This document shows, one piece after another, positions 40,076 to 50,033 of a stretch of 64,000 nt of DNA (position 1 is the stretch's first letter; every line of letters begins with the position of its first letter). The stretch is taken from assembly GCA_965222875.1 (NCBI GenBank), contig CBDCVC010000002.1, forward strand, positions 802,835 through 866,834, written 5' to 3'. Source of the DNA: Candidatus Multivorans sp. GTDB lineage: Bacteria > Acidobacteriota > Thermoanaerobaculia > Multivoradales > Multivoraceae. The notes under the pieces are model-generated. The model worked only from the letters and a program-made list of their open reading frames with translations, was not told where the DNA came from and ran no database searches. Made by a program: the position numbers and the translations under genes.

Positions 40076-43000
40076 TTAGGGGCGGCAACTATCAGTGAAC
40101 GCACCACTGTCCGTAATGGCCGGTGCCGGTGGACCGGGCTCCTTCGTGTATGTCCAAATCGTGTCCGTGTCCGTGTCGGTGACCGTGATGTCGAGCCCCA
40201 GGTCCGTGGCGGCAGCCGAGTACACCCAGTGGTTGCCGTTCACGGCACAACCGTCGAGCACTTTGATCAGCATCTCCCAGTTGTTCGGATCGAAGAAGTA
40301 GAAGAGGCCGGAGTTGTTCGTCCCGCCGGGCACCATGCTCGCTGCACCCTCTTGACCATCCGCCGTGGACCAGTCCACCTTCACCTCGAAGCGGCCATCG
40401 ACGAGGCACAGGGACGAACCCGCTTCCCCGCAACCCGAATGGGAGGCGGCAGGGTGGGTCAGCGACTCCGACGCGATCGGGGCGACTGACGAGGAGCAGG
40501 CCTGTGGGAATGCCGTGGCGTCCGTGATGGCGGGAGCCGGTTGTCCGGGCTCGTTTCGGTACTCTCTGAAGCCGCCAGTGCTGGTGTTCGTGACCCGGAT
40601 CGAGTAGCCGAGGTCCGTGGTCGAGGCTCCGTACACCCAGTGGTTGCCGTTGACTGTGCAGCCGTCCAACACCTTGACAAGGATCTCCCAGTTGTCCTCG
40701 TCGAAGAACCGGAACAGCCCGGAGTCCTCCGTGGCCTTGGGCACCACCACAGCCGGACCGCTTCTGGCGTCGCTGGTCCACCACTTCGCCTCCACCTTGT
40801 AGAGACCGTCGTGGAGACAGAGAGTCAGGTCGCTCGCCTCGCACGGTCGGCCGGGGGTCGGATCCGGATCTGGGTCCGGGTCGGGTTCAGGGTCCGTCGT
40901 GGAGATGTTGGCGGAGAACTGCGACCGTCCACCCGTGATGTGGCTCCAGTAATCCGCTACCTGGTCGCGGAATCGAGCTTGCAGAGCCAGCCCGTCGCGG
41001 TCAGGCGATGTGCCCGGTTCCAGCAGATAGACGAAGCCCGCGTTGAAGTCCTTTTTGGCGTTCGCCGCCGAGGGTTTCCGCATGCCGTGGACATCCAGGA
41101 CCTGCTGGATCGACACATTCTCACGCACACCTGTGTACCGCATGCCGGACTGCCTCCGCCCATTCCTGAGGATGAAGAAATCGGGCACTTCGCCTACGTC
41201 GGCGAGCCCCATCAGGTACAGGTCGAGCCAGGAGAAGCCGCCGTTCCACACGCCGTTCAGCTCCGTGAATGTGCCGTCATCGTTGCTGCGCCAATCTCGC
41301 CCTCCCATCAAGGATCTCGGACCGGCCTGGTCCGGGTGCCAGGGGAAGGCCGCGGGTGCATGAAGCCATGCCTGCCAGTGGCACAGGCAACCGTCCCCGA
41401 CCAGCGGTGACGACCGACCATTGCGGTTCCGGGAGACATAGGCGAGCCACAAGTGCGAGAACTCGTGCGCGAACAACCACAGCCCGTAGTCGTAGCGGCT
41501 GTCTTCCCTGACGCCACTCCGGTACACGCGGTCTGAGTAGATCCAGACGGGGGAGACCCACCTGCCCTTGAGTCGCTTTGCACCGCAGGGGGGACCGTCA
41601 ATGGTGCCGCCACGCCCCACGCCCGTCACGGGATCGTTCCCGAAGAACGGCCTGAACGGTGTCGTGGCTTCTTGCTTGTCGGTGCGAAACTGGCTGTGGA
41701 AGACCAACAGATCGAACTCGTCGCCCAAGGAGTTGGCCACGTGACATGCAATGCTGTCGAGATTCCCCACCGTCGCGTAGTTGAACACTTCGTACTGGTA
41801 CTGGGCGGACAGGTTGCTGGTCTCCGACAGGTTCGTGTTGGGGCCGGTCGCACTCGGCAGTCGGAAGAACGCCACTTCGGACGATTCCCCCTCGACGAAG
41901 CTCCCGCCGGCAAAATCAGACGAATTGGCGAACACCGCTACGGGCACTCCCTCAAGGCCAGTGATGTTCGCGAGCAACGCGATGCGGCTGGGGTCTGTCG
42001 TCTCTACGACTCCCGCAACGCCCGCGCCGGATGCCAGCGTCAGCCCCGCATCCGTCACGTAGAGCCGCCAGTCGAAGTCCGAGTCCTCCGAGCCGGTCCA
42101 CCAGGGCTGCTCCACGTCGAAGAACAGGCGGTACACGTACAGGTGCCCCGATGGCGGCACCGGGATCGGCTCTCTCATCGCGAACTCGACGATCACGCCA
42201 CCCGTACCCGACTCCTGCAGTGTCACCTTCAGCAAGTCGAGGTAGCCCGGCAGGCCGGTGTTCCGGCCGTGGCCTATCTCCGTGATGAGGGCTCCCCGCG
42301 TCTTCCTCTCGGGTCCCAGCAGCCCGACAATGCCGTCGCGGAAGGAGATGCTGTTGTCGTAGTTGAGGCGGACACTTCCATCCGCCGCCAGGACGGCCTG
42401 GAAGCGGGTCGGCGTCTGTGGAGCCACACCATGCACGTAGTAAACCGGCTCGGTAGTGGTCCAGGTGACGACCACCCGGTCGACCTGGTGGGCGACGTGC
42501 TGCTTTGCTCCGTGTTGGTCGTAGAACCCACCGAGCAGCGGCTTGAAAAGAGCACTGATGGCCGTCTCATCCACCAGCTTGTGGTTGAGCTGCTGTATCG
42601 TCTCAAATCGGAGCCCGGTGTTCACGTAGTCGTACTGCAGCGGCTTACCGAACGTGATGATGCCCCGGCGACTGACGAACAACGAAGTCCACGTTCTGCC
42701 GGCGAACTCGAAATCGAAGCCCTGGAACGACACCTCCTCACCGGAGCGGACTCGCTCGCCGATGTTCCGCTCCCAGGCAACCGACTGGACCGACCGGAAG
42801 TAGCCGCCTTGCCCATCCGGTGTGAACACCACGGTGCGCCCGCTCAAGTCGAAGAGGTTGGCATCAGTGATGTCGCTCGGCGCGAGTTTCAGGATGATCT
42901 GGTTGTCCGTTGTGGTCCGTACGGTTCTCGACGCCGAATCCACCCGGACGGGGCCATCGTTCACCAGATCGCCCAGGTTGAGGAAGTCGACGGCACCCGG

Positions 43001-43186
43001 TTCAGTGAGATCGACGGGTGGGAGTCGCATGAGCGTGTCCCGGATCTCCTCCGATGCCGACTCGGCGGTACCCGGGACGTTGCCCACCACCGTGAGCACA
43101 GACGCCAGCACCAGCCCGACGCGCAACCGTCTCACGGAGCTCCGCCTCGAATCGTCAAGCGTAGATGATAGCCATGACGCGATCAC
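40076..43186 (-). CDS. Large secreted multidomain protein with a HExxH zinc-metallopeptidase motif and two tandem C-terminal Cys-bounded domains
   Basis: HExxH is [12 protein letters not shown] (PD)n linker reads [11 protein letters not shown]. Two roughly 115-aa repeats each begin C-x-L-C-L-xDGxF-V-xW and contain [21 protein letters not shown]...ITD..AF...C. Confidence 0.6.
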   Translation of the reverse strand: MIASWLSSTLDDSRRSSVRRLRVGLVLASVLTVVGNVPGTAESASEEIRDTLMRLPPVDLTEPGAVDFLNLGDLVNDGPVRVDSASRTVRTTTDNQIILKLAPSDITDANLFDLSGRTVVFTPDGQGGYFRSVQSVAWERNIGERVRSGEEVSFQGFDFEFAGRTWTSLFVSRRGIITFGKPLQYDYVNTGLRFETIQQLNHKLVDETAISALFKPLLGGFYDQHGAKQHVAHQVDRVVVTWTTTEPVYYVHGVAPQTPTRFQAVLAADGSVRLNYDNSISFRDGIVGLLGPERKTRGALITEIGHGRNTGLPGYLDLLKVTLQESGTGGVIVEFAMREPIPVPPSGHLYVYRLFFDVEQPWWTGSEDSDFDWRLYVTDAGLTLASGAGVAGVVETTDPSRIALLANITGLEGVPVAVFANSSDFAGGSFVEGESSEVAFFRLPSATGPNTNLSETSNLSAQYQYEVFNYATVGNLDSIACHVANSLGDEFDLLVFHSQFRTDKQEATTPFRPFFGNDPVTGVGRGGTIDGPPCGAKRLKGRWVSPVWIYSDRVYRSGVREDSRYDYGLWLFAHEFSHLWLAYVSRNRNGRSSPLVGDGCLCHWQAWLHAPAAFPWHPDQAGPRSLMGGRDWRSNDDGTFTELNGVWNGGFSWLDLYLMGLADVGEVPDFFILRNGRRQSGMRYTGVRENVSIQQVLDVHGMRKPSAANAKKDFNAGFVYLLEPGTSPDRDGLALQARFRDQVADYWSHITGGRSQFSANISTTDPEPDPDPDPDPTPGRPCEASDLTLCLHDGLYKVEAKWWTSDARSGPAVVVPKATEDSGLFRFFDEDNWEILVKVLDGCTVNGNHWVYGASTTDLGYSIRVTNTSTGGFREYRNEPGQPAPAITDATAFPQACSSSVAPIASESLTHPAASHSGCGEAGSSLCLVDGRFEVKVDWSTADGQEGAASMVPGGTNNSGLFYFFDPNNWEMLIKVLDGCAVNGNHWVYSAAATDLGLDITVTDTDTDTIWTYTKEPGPPAPAITDSGAFTDSCRP

Positions 43187-43530
43187 GGCCCCAGAGGCCT
43201 TCCCGGACGCCTGTCGGAGACAACTCGGTCGGTGACGATCGCCCCCAGCGTCAGACGCCGCAGGCGTGCTGCCGAAGAAGGCGTACCTGTCGGCCGCCGA
43301 TCGGGACCTCGCCGAAATGGAAGCCGTCCGACGCGAACGACAAATCAGAAACCTGCAGCGTCAGGCCCGGCGCCTGAATCTGGCTCTCGTGCCCACCGAA
43401 CATGCCGCCTGAATCGCGCAACCTGCGCAGCCAACGAGGAACCGCTACACGTTTGTTCCATGGAAGCCGGCGCGGCAGGAACTGGGTGCGCCGGTCCTCT
43501 GGCCGCCAGTCGGCGCGAAGCGGCGGCTGC

Positions 43531-43590
43531 CATCCGTGCGCCCGCTGACGGGCGCACGGACTGGTTCACGGGTCGCGCGGATCGGCCCAC
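43531..43590 (+). repeat. Conserved palindromic hairpin element, copy B
   Basis: CCGTGCGCCCG-CTGA-CGGGCGCACGG (stem 43535-43560), then GACTGGTTCACGGGTCGCGCGGATCGG. It lies 11 bp outside the left IR of the IS1182-family element. Confidence 0.6.
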
Positions 43591-43611
43591 CCCGGTGCCG
43601 GACCTTCTGCC

Positions 43612-45254
43612 GCGCTAGCAGTCTGTCGGACTTCTGCGCGTTGATCTGGGGGTCTGGTGGTTTGTCGGTTAGTTTCGGTGTTCAAGGGAGGTCGACAGGT
43701 ATGCCGAAGTTCATCGAGGCTCACCGCAACCAGCCGTTCCTGCTTCCTCCGGACCTTCGGGACTGGATGCCGGAAGACGATCTGGCTCATTTCGTGGTGG
43801 AGGCGGTGGAACGTGTGCCGATGGAGTCGTTCGTGGTGAACGAGCGGGGTACGGGTTCGGCTCAGTACCCGCCTCGTCTGATGCTGGCTCTTCTGGTGTA
43901 CTGCTACGCGAACGGCGTATTCGGTTCACGCCGAGTCGAGCGTGCGACGTATCGGGATGTCGGGGTGCGTTACCTGGCGGCGAATCTGCATCCGGACCAC
44001 GACACGATCTGCACGTTTCGTCGCAACAACGTGGATGCGATTGCTTCGGCGTTCGAGCAGGTGCTGTTGATGGCGCGGGAGTTGAAGCTGTTGCGGGTGG
44101 GGATGGTGAGCGTGGACGGCACGAAGGTGGACGCGAACGCGAGCAAGCGGAACAGTCTGCGTTACGACCGTGCGATGGAGTTGCGGGCGCAGTTGCAGGA
44201 GGAGATCGCGGGTCTGTTGGAGGAGGCGGAGCGTGCGGACGGCAAGGGCGTTGCCGACCAGGAGGGCTTGCCGGACGAGTTGAAGCGTCGCCGGCGGTTG
44301 AAGGAGAAGCTGGACGAGGCATGCGAGACGACGCTGGAGCGGCGTGCGCTGAGGCGTGCGGAGCGTGAGCGTGTCGAGTACGAGCGCAGGTTGGCGGAGC
44401 GAGAGGAGCGGCCGCCCAATCGTCGTAGCCGCAAGCCGAAGCCTCCGCGCGAGGAGCCGGAGGCGAAGAAGCAGATCAACCTGACGGACAAGGACAGCGG
44501 CCTGATGAAGAAGAGTCGGCGCAGCGAGTACCGCCAGGCGTACAACGCTCAGGCGGTGGTGGACGCCGAGGGGAGTCAGTTGGTGCTGGGCGCCCGCGTC
44601 AGCGGCTGCGCGAACGACAAGCACGAACTGGTCGCGGACGTGGACTCGATGCCGGAGTCGGTGGGAACGGTCGAGCGAGCGCTGGCGGACAACAGTTTCG
44701 CGACTGGCTGCGAGGTGAAGACGCTCGAGGACCGGGGCATCGACGTCCTGGTGTCGACCCGGAAGGAGGACCGTCGCCACCAGCACGACTTCCGGCCCGA
44801 GACTGAGGCGAAGCCCCGGAAAGAGCCGAAATCCGAATGGGTGCGGAAGATGCAGGAGAAGCTGGCCCAGGACGACAACCGCAAGAAGTACAGTCTGCGC
44901 AAGCAGACGGTGGAACCGGTATTCGGGATCGTCAAACACGTCCTGGGATTCCGCCAGTTTCACCTGCGCGAGCTGACGAAGGTGGACGGCGAGTGGAAGC
45001 TCGTCATGCTGGCCTACAACTGCAAGCGCCTGCACAACCTGCTCGCCGCCTGAGCGCCCGTGGGCGCCTCGTCTTCCCTGCGAAAACCGCCTCAACGGCC
45101 GTCGGGCGCGAGCACACGCTCTGCCATCGGCCCCACGAACACGAAATAGCCGATCCGAACGCGACACGATCGCTCACGGCACCACGCCCGAACCGCCTCT
45201 CAGGCTTCGTCGCCCGCCTCCCCGCCGTCCCAAGTCCGACAGACTGCTAGCGCG
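43612..45254. mobile_element. IS1182-family insertion sequence, about 1.64 kb
   Basis: Perfect 23-bp terminal inverted repeats CGCGCTAGCAGTCTGTCGGACTT at 43612-43634, with the reverse complement at 45232-45254. It carries a single transposase gene. No clear TSD was found. Confidence 0.8.
43701..45053 (+). CDS. IS1182-family (IS5-like) transposase
   Basis: RBS GGGAGG. MPKFIEAHRNQPFLLPPDLRDWMPEDDLAHFV is the characteristic IS1182 N-terminus. A central charged coiled region; the DDE-bearing region with C-terminal ...KLVMLAYNCKRLHNLLAA. Confidence 0.9.
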   Translation: MPKFIEAHRNQPFLLPPDLRDWMPEDDLAHFVVEAVERVPMESFVVNERGTGSAQYPPRLMLALLVYCYANGVFGSRRVERATYRDVGVRYLAANLHPDHDTICTFRRNNVDAIASAFEQVLLMARELKLLRVGMVSVDGTKVDANASKRNSLRYDRAMELRAQLQEEIAGLLEEAERADGKGVADQEGLPDELKRRRRLKEKLDEACETTLERRALRRAERERVEYERRLAEREERPPNRRSRKPKPPREEPEAKKQINLTDKDSGLMKKSRRSEYRQAYNAQAVVDAEGSQLVLGARVSGCANDKHELVADVDSMPESVGTVERALADNSFATGCEVKTLEDRGIDVLVSTRKEDRRHQHDFRPETEAKPRKEPKSEWVRKMQEKLAQDDNRKKYSLRKQTVEPVFGIVKHVLGFRQFHLRELTKVDGEWKLVMLAYNCKRLHNLLAA

Positions 45255-45262
45255 CCAACTAG

Positions 45263-46828
45263 CTAGTCAGTCAGTCCGTACTCAATCGCGTCGGACAGGG
45301 CTTCCCAGCTCGCTTCGATGATGTTCGTCCCCGCCCCGACCGTGGTCCACCGCTCGCCGCCGGCGACGAAGTCCACGAGCACCCGGGTGATCGCGGCCGT
45401 CCCCTGAGCACTGTCCAGGATGCGGACCTTGTAGTCGGCCAGGCGCATCTCGGCCAGTTGCGGGTAGTGCGGTTCCAGCGCCTTCCGCAGAGCGTGGGCC
45501 AGGGCGTTGACCGGGCCGTTGCCCTCGGAGGCAGTATGGGCGATCGTGCCGCCCGGCACCTCGACCTTGACCGTCGCCTCGGCGACCAGGCCGCGGCCGT
45601 CGCGATGTTCCACCACGGTCAGAAAGTCGATCAACCGGAACGGCGGCTCGTATCCGGGTTCCGCGCGGCGCAGCATGAGCTCGACGGAGGCTTGGGCCGC
45701 CTCGAAGCTGTAGCCGCGGTTCTCGAGTTCCTTGACCTTGTGCAGCACCTCGCGTGCATACGGTGTGTCGGCGCCGACGCCGGTGCTCTCGGCCAGGTGG
45801 ACGATGTTGCCGCGCCCCGAGAGTTCGGAGACCACGGTACGCATCTCGTTGCCGACCACCTCCGGCTCGACGTGCTGGTAGCTGGTCGGCTCCTTGAGCA
45901 TTGCCGCCACGTGGATGCCGCCCTTGTGGGCGAAGGCGCTCCGCCCCACGTAGGGCAGGTGGTCGTCATGGGCGATGTTGACGACCTCGGCGACGTAGCG
46001 CGACAGCGCGGTCAGCTCACGCAGGCTCTCGTCCGAAACGCAGGAGAATCCCATCTTGCACTGCAGGTCCGGCACGATGGTGACCAGGTTCGCGTTCGCC
46101 ACCCGCTCGCCGTAGCCGTTGATCGTGCCCTGCACCATGACCGCGCCGGCCCGCACCGCCGCCAGCGAATTGGCGACGCCGCAGCCGCCGTCGTCGTGGG
46201 TGTGGATGCCGATCCGAACATCCGGGCCGAGTTCGGCCCGCGCGGCGTCGACACCCGCCTCGATCTGCCACGGCAGGGCGCCGCCGTTCGTGTCGCAGAG
46301 CACGATGTAGTCGGCGCCCGCCGCAGCCGCCGCGCGGAGCGTGCCGAGAGCGCACTCCGAGTTCCCGGCCAGGCCGTCGAAGAAGTGCTCGGCGTCGTAG
46401 ATCACGTCGCGGCCGAGGTCCTTGAGGTAGCCGACGGTGTCGCCGATCATCGCCTCGTTCTCTTCGGCGTTCGTCTCGAGGACCTTCTCGATGTGCAGAT
46501 CCCAGCTCTTGCCGACCAGCGTGACGGTCGGCGTCTCCGCAGCGACCAGCGCCTGGACGTTGCCGTCGTGGGCGCACGCGCTGTGCTTGCGCCGCGTGCT
46601 GCCGAAGGCGCAGATTCTCGCCTGCTCCAGTTCGACCCCGCGAATGGCCTCGAAGAAGTCGGCGTCCTTCGGGTTCGAGCCGGGCCAGCCGCACTCGATG
46701 TAGGGGATGCCGAAGGCGTCGAGGCGCCGGGCGATCGCCACCTTGTCGGCCAGGGACAGCGAGATGTTCTCGCGCTGCGTGCCGTCGCGCAACGTCGTGT
46801 CGTAGAGCTCGATCCGGGAAGTCGTCAC
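45263..46828 (-). CDS. cimA: (R)-citramalate synthase, LeuA-family
   Basis: MTTSRIELYDTTLRDGTQRE and the HxH metal site (IHTHDDGG); about 520 aa with the LeuA-dimer C-terminal domain. GTG start at 46828 with SD GAGGATGG. Confidence 0.75.
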   Translation of the reverse strand: MTTSRIELYDTTLRDGTQRENISLSLADKVAIARRLDAFGIPYIECGWPGSNPKDADFFEAIRGVELEQARICAFGSTRRKHSACAHDGNVQALVAAETPTVTLVGKSWDLHIEKVLETNAEENEAMIGDTVGYLKDLGRDVIYDAEHFFDGLAGNSECALGTLRAAAAAGADYIVLCDTNGGALPWQIEAGVDAARAELGPDVRIGIHTHDDGGCGVANSLAAVRAGAVMVQGTINGYGERVANANLVTIVPDLQCKMGFSCVSDESLRELTALSRYVAEVVNIAHDDHLPYVGRSAFAHKGGIHVAAMLKEPTSYQHVEPEVVGNEMRTVVSELSGRGNIVHLAESTGVGADTPYAREVLHKVKELENRGYSFEAAQASVELMLRRAEPGYEPPFRLIDFLTVVEHRDGRGLVAEATVKVEVPGGTIAHTASEGNGPVNALAHALRKALEPHYPQLAEMRLADYKVRILDSAQGTAAITRVLVDFVAGGERWTTVGAGTNIIEASWEALSDAIEYGLTD

Positions 46829-46858
46829 GGCGCCATCCTCACATGCGCCATCCTCACA
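46829..46858 (-). repeat. 15-bp tandem duplication (TGTGAGGATGGCGCA/C x2) that forms the entire SNF2-cimA spacer
   Basis: The minus strand reads ...CCCATGA TGTGAGGATGGCGCA TGTGAGGATGGCGCC GTG. Each unit carries an SD-like GAGGATGG and an ATG-TGA start-stop. Confidence 0.55.
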
Positions 46859-49800
46859 TCATGGGGAAGCATCTTCCAGCCCCGGTCCCTGCAGCAGCTC
46901 GATCAGTTCCTCGCGCGAGAAGATCTTGTTCAGACGCGGATCGTCCTCCTGCACCACGCTCTCCATCAGGCGGCGCTTGCGGTCGATGATCGCCGCGATC
47001 CGTTCTTCCAGCGTCTCCTCGGTGAGCAGCTTGAACACGTGTACGACCCGCTTCTGGCCGATGCGGTAGAGGCGGTCGGTCGCCTGGTCCTCCCGGGCGG
47101 CATTCCACCAGCGGTCGTAGTGGATCACGACCGAACCGCCAACCAGGTCGATGCCCGTGCCGCCGGCCTTCAGGCTGCCCAGGAACACCCGGCACTCCTC
47201 GTCGTTGTTGAACCGGTCGACGACCTTGCCGCGTTCGCGGGTCGAACCCGTCAGGGTGACGTAGTCGATGCCCAGCTTCGTCAGATGGCGCTCCAGGATC
47301 GCGATCATGCCCAGGTACTGGGTGAAGACGACCACCTTCTGACCGCTGTCGAAGCTCTCCTCCAGGAGCTCCTTGCATAGGTCCCACTTCCCCGACTCGT
47401 AGTTCTCGTAGCGATCCAGATCGCCGACCGCCAAGGCGGGATGATCGCAGATCTGCTTCAGCATGTTCAGCAGGGCGAAGATGTGAATGTAGGGCAACGA
47501 GCCCCGTTCGCTCCGCAGCGTCTTCATCAGCGCCGCGCCCTTGGTCTCGATCGTCTGCCGGTACATGCCGAACTGCTCCTCGCTCAGGCGGCAGGTGCGG
47601 ACATCCTCGATCTTCTCCGGCAGTTCGTCCAGAACCGCAGTCTTGACCCGCCGCAGAACGAAGGGTGCGGTCAGACGCCGCAGGTTGACCGCGTACCACG
47701 AATCGGCATCCAGTTCGTTCGGTCCCATGAAATCGACGTAACTGTCGTCACCCCCCAGATAGCCGGGCAGCACGAGATCGAACAGTCCCTTCAGTTCGGT
47801 CAACGAGTTCTCGATCGGCGTACCGGTCAGCCCGAGCTTCATGCGCGCCTCGAGCGCCACCGCGGCGCGGTAGCCCTGCGTGCTGCGGTTCTTGATCTGC
47901 TGAACTTCGTCGAACACGATCAAGCCCCACAGTCGCTCGCCGAATCGCTCGACATCGTTGCGCATCACACCGTACGAGGTGAGCACCACGTCGCCCTGGG
48001 CCAGCGATTCCTCCAGATTGCGGTGCGGTCCGTGGTAGTAGACCGGCCGCAAACCCGGAGCGTACTCCCGCAGCTTGTTCCGCCAGTGGCTGATCACGGT
48101 GCGGGGGCAGACGACCAGAATCGGCAGGCCCACAGCCAACTGTTCGCGCAGAATGACCATCAGGGCCATCGCCTGGTGGGTCTTCCCCAACCCCATGTCG
48201 TCGCACAGCAAGCCGGCCAGACCGTTCTCGTACAGAAACTTCAGCCACTCGACGCCCAGCTTCTGGTAGGGCCTCAGGATGCTCGTCAACCCCTCCGGCT
48301 CGACCAGCGGATCGGCGGGCCTCAGGGCCAGGAATCGACGAAGAAAATCCGTCCGGCTTCCCTCGCCCTCAACCCGGATCGGCGCCGCGCTCGAGGCCTG
48401 AAGCCGCAGCAGTTCAGCCGACGAAAGGCGCACGCGGCCCGCGCCGCCGTTGCCCCCGGCGCCGGTCCGCCCGGCACGCTCCCGACGACCGGGCAGCGAG
48501 CCCAGATTCCGCAACGCCGGCGCGTTCAGATCGATCCAGCCGGAGGCCGTCTCGAGATAGGGCTGGCCCGCCCGTTTCGCTTCGAGCAGCTCGTTCAGCC
48601 CCACGTCGCCGCTGCCGAAGCCGTAGCGGATCGAAAGCAGGTCGTCCTCTTCGTCCTCGCCCTCGGGCGCGATCTCGATGTAGTCGAACTCGGTCAGAAT
48701 TCCGAGGCTGGCCAGGGGATTCTCGGCCAGGGTCGGCGCAGGTTCCAGGGTCGGCGGCGCCGAGCGAAACGTGCCGATGGCCGCGGTCTCGAGATCCAGA
48801 AACCTGGGTTCGCGCCAGCTTCCTTCGCCTCGTGCCGACCGCCGCACGAGAATCCCCAGCTCCTCGAGGAACACAAGGTCGCCGTACTGGAAGCGATCAC
48901 GCCCGGGTTCGTCGAGAATCTCCTCGCCCTCCGCGGCGAGGCTCAGGACATCGACCTTCCGCTTCTCTTCGATCCTCGTGTCCGGCCCGACGTAGAAGAG
49001 GTCGGCGGCCGGCAGCGGTGCAACCGAGACCTGCCCCGTCTCCGCCAGCAGCGCGAGCGCGTCGGCCACCCGCCTGCGCGGCACCGCAATGTGAAAGCGA
49101 CCCGAGGCATCGGAATCGACCAGAACCTTCAGAAACAGGCTGCCGCTACGGAGGTCGATCGCGGGCTCGAGCCGGATCCGGGCCTTCACAAGCTCCGCCA
49201 TGCCCGGCGCGCCACCGGGGATATCGCCAACCTCCCGTAGCGCGTGGTAGGCGACGCGGCACCAGAGACTCCGCTCGAAGAACTGCCGGTTCGTCTGCAT
49301 CCCGGCCTTGTTCAGGTGCTGCTCCTCGGGTGTACGCATGAAGGTCGAGAGACGCTCGAGGAGACCCGAACGATCGGCCACCGAGGTGCCGGACGAGAGC
49401 TTCCCGATCCGCTCGAGGAAGCGAACCACCGATGGAGACTGCTCCAGGTAGCGGAGCACTTCCACCCCACCCGGCGAAAACAGACGGATCGGCCCGCCCG
49501 GCCGCTCCTGCAGAACGCTGCAATCCGAAGCGGAAGGAAGATTGTCCGCAAAGAGCGTCTGAGCGAGCCGGAACCAGCCGCTGCGTGTGAACAGGTCGAC
49601 CCAACTGCCGCCGAGAGCACGATGGAACTCCCGGATCTGGCCTTCGAGCTGCTTCAGATGGCGGCAGCCGCTCCGCCGCCCGGCCGAACAACTGCAGAAC
49701 GTGAGTGGCCGCTTCGACCCCGCCACGTTGGCGAGATGCACCGCCGAACCCGGTTCCGGATCGTGCGGATCGGGCAGCAGTCCGATGCCGGTTCGGTGGA

Positions 49801-49882
49801 ATTCGAGGCGGGGAAAGAGCTTCACGACAGAGTCGCCCAAGGACTTGGAGACACTGGGCTTCGGGGCAAGGCGGAAACACAC
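46859..49882 (-). CDS. SNF2-family helicase with N-terminal SWIM zinc finger
   Basis: SWIM is FCSCSAGRRSGCRHL. SNF2 motifs LLCDDMGLGKTHQAMAL, DEVQQIKN (DExx), and the helicase-C region with GGTGIDLVGGSVVIHYDRWWN. Confidence 0.8.
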   Translation of the reverse strand: MCFRLAPKPSVSKSLGDSVVKLFPRLEFHRTGIGLLPDPHDPEPGSAVHLANVAGSKRPLTFCSCSAGRRSGCRHLKQLEGQIREFHRALGGSWVDLFTRSGWFRLAQTLFADNLPSASDCSVLQERPGGPIRLFSPGGVEVLRYLEQSPSVVRFLERIGKLSSGTSVADRSGLLERLSTFMRTPEEQHLNKAGMQTNRQFFERSLWCRVAYHALREVGDIPGGAPGMAELVKARIRLEPAIDLRSGSLFLKVLVDSDASGRFHIAVPRRRVADALALLAETGQVSVAPLPAADLFYVGPDTRIEEKRKVDVLSLAAEGEEILDEPGRDRFQYGDLVFLEELGILVRRSARGEGSWREPRFLDLETAAIGTFRSAPPTLEPAPTLAENPLASLGILTEFDYIEIAPEGEDEEDDLLSIRYGFGSGDVGLNELLEAKRAGQPYLETASGWIDLNAPALRNLGSLPGRRERAGRTGAGGNGGAGRVRLSSAELLRLQASSAAPIRVEGEGSRTDFLRRFLALRPADPLVEPEGLTSILRPYQKLGVEWLKFLYENGLAGLLCDDMGLGKTHQAMALMVILREQLAVGLPILVVCPRTVISHWRNKLREYAPGLRPVYYHGPHRNLEESLAQGDVVLTSYGVMRNDVERFGERLWGLIVFDEVQQIKNRSTQGYRAAVALEARMKLGLTGTPIENSLTELKGLFDLVLPGYLGGDDSYVDFMGPNELDADSWYAVNLRRLTAPFVLRRVKTAVLDELPEKIEDVRTCRLSEEQFGMYRQTIETKGAALMKTLRSERGSLPYIHIFALLNMLKQICDHPALAVGDLDRYENYESGKWDLCKELLEESFDSGQKVVVFTQYLGMIAILERHLTKLGIDYVTLTGSTRERGKVVDRFNNDEECRVFLGSLKAGGTGIDLVGGSVVIHYDRWWNAAREDQATDRLYRIGQKRVVHVFKLLTEETLEERIAAIIDRKRRLMESVVQEDDPRLNKIFSREELIELLQGPGLEDASP

Positions 49883-50033
49883 GCAGAAGCGAGACCGGAG
49901 CGGCCCATCGGGCCGATCCGCTACGCTGAGCGCGTAAACGCTCGATCCTATCGCCGATTCGGTGGCCTGTGGGGCTCAAACCACTCGACGATCTGCCCGT
50001 CTTCGACGGAGGGCACGGCGCTCCAGGGGGACG

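Noticed and set aside
43612-45254. Treating hairpin copy B (43531-43590) as part of the IS1182-family element
   Set aside because: The perfect 23-bp IR pair already defines the IS ends at 43612 and 45254. No counterpart of the hairpin or its flank exists at the right end. A second copy occurs at 21899 with no IS nearby.
45240-45270. TGACTGACTGA-CTAG-CTAG, an apparent engineered three-frame stop cassette next to the right end of the IS1182-family element
   Set aside because: On the minus strand it is simply the cimA C-terminus, codons GGA CTG ACT GAC TAG (G L T D stop). The all-frame stops are coincidental.
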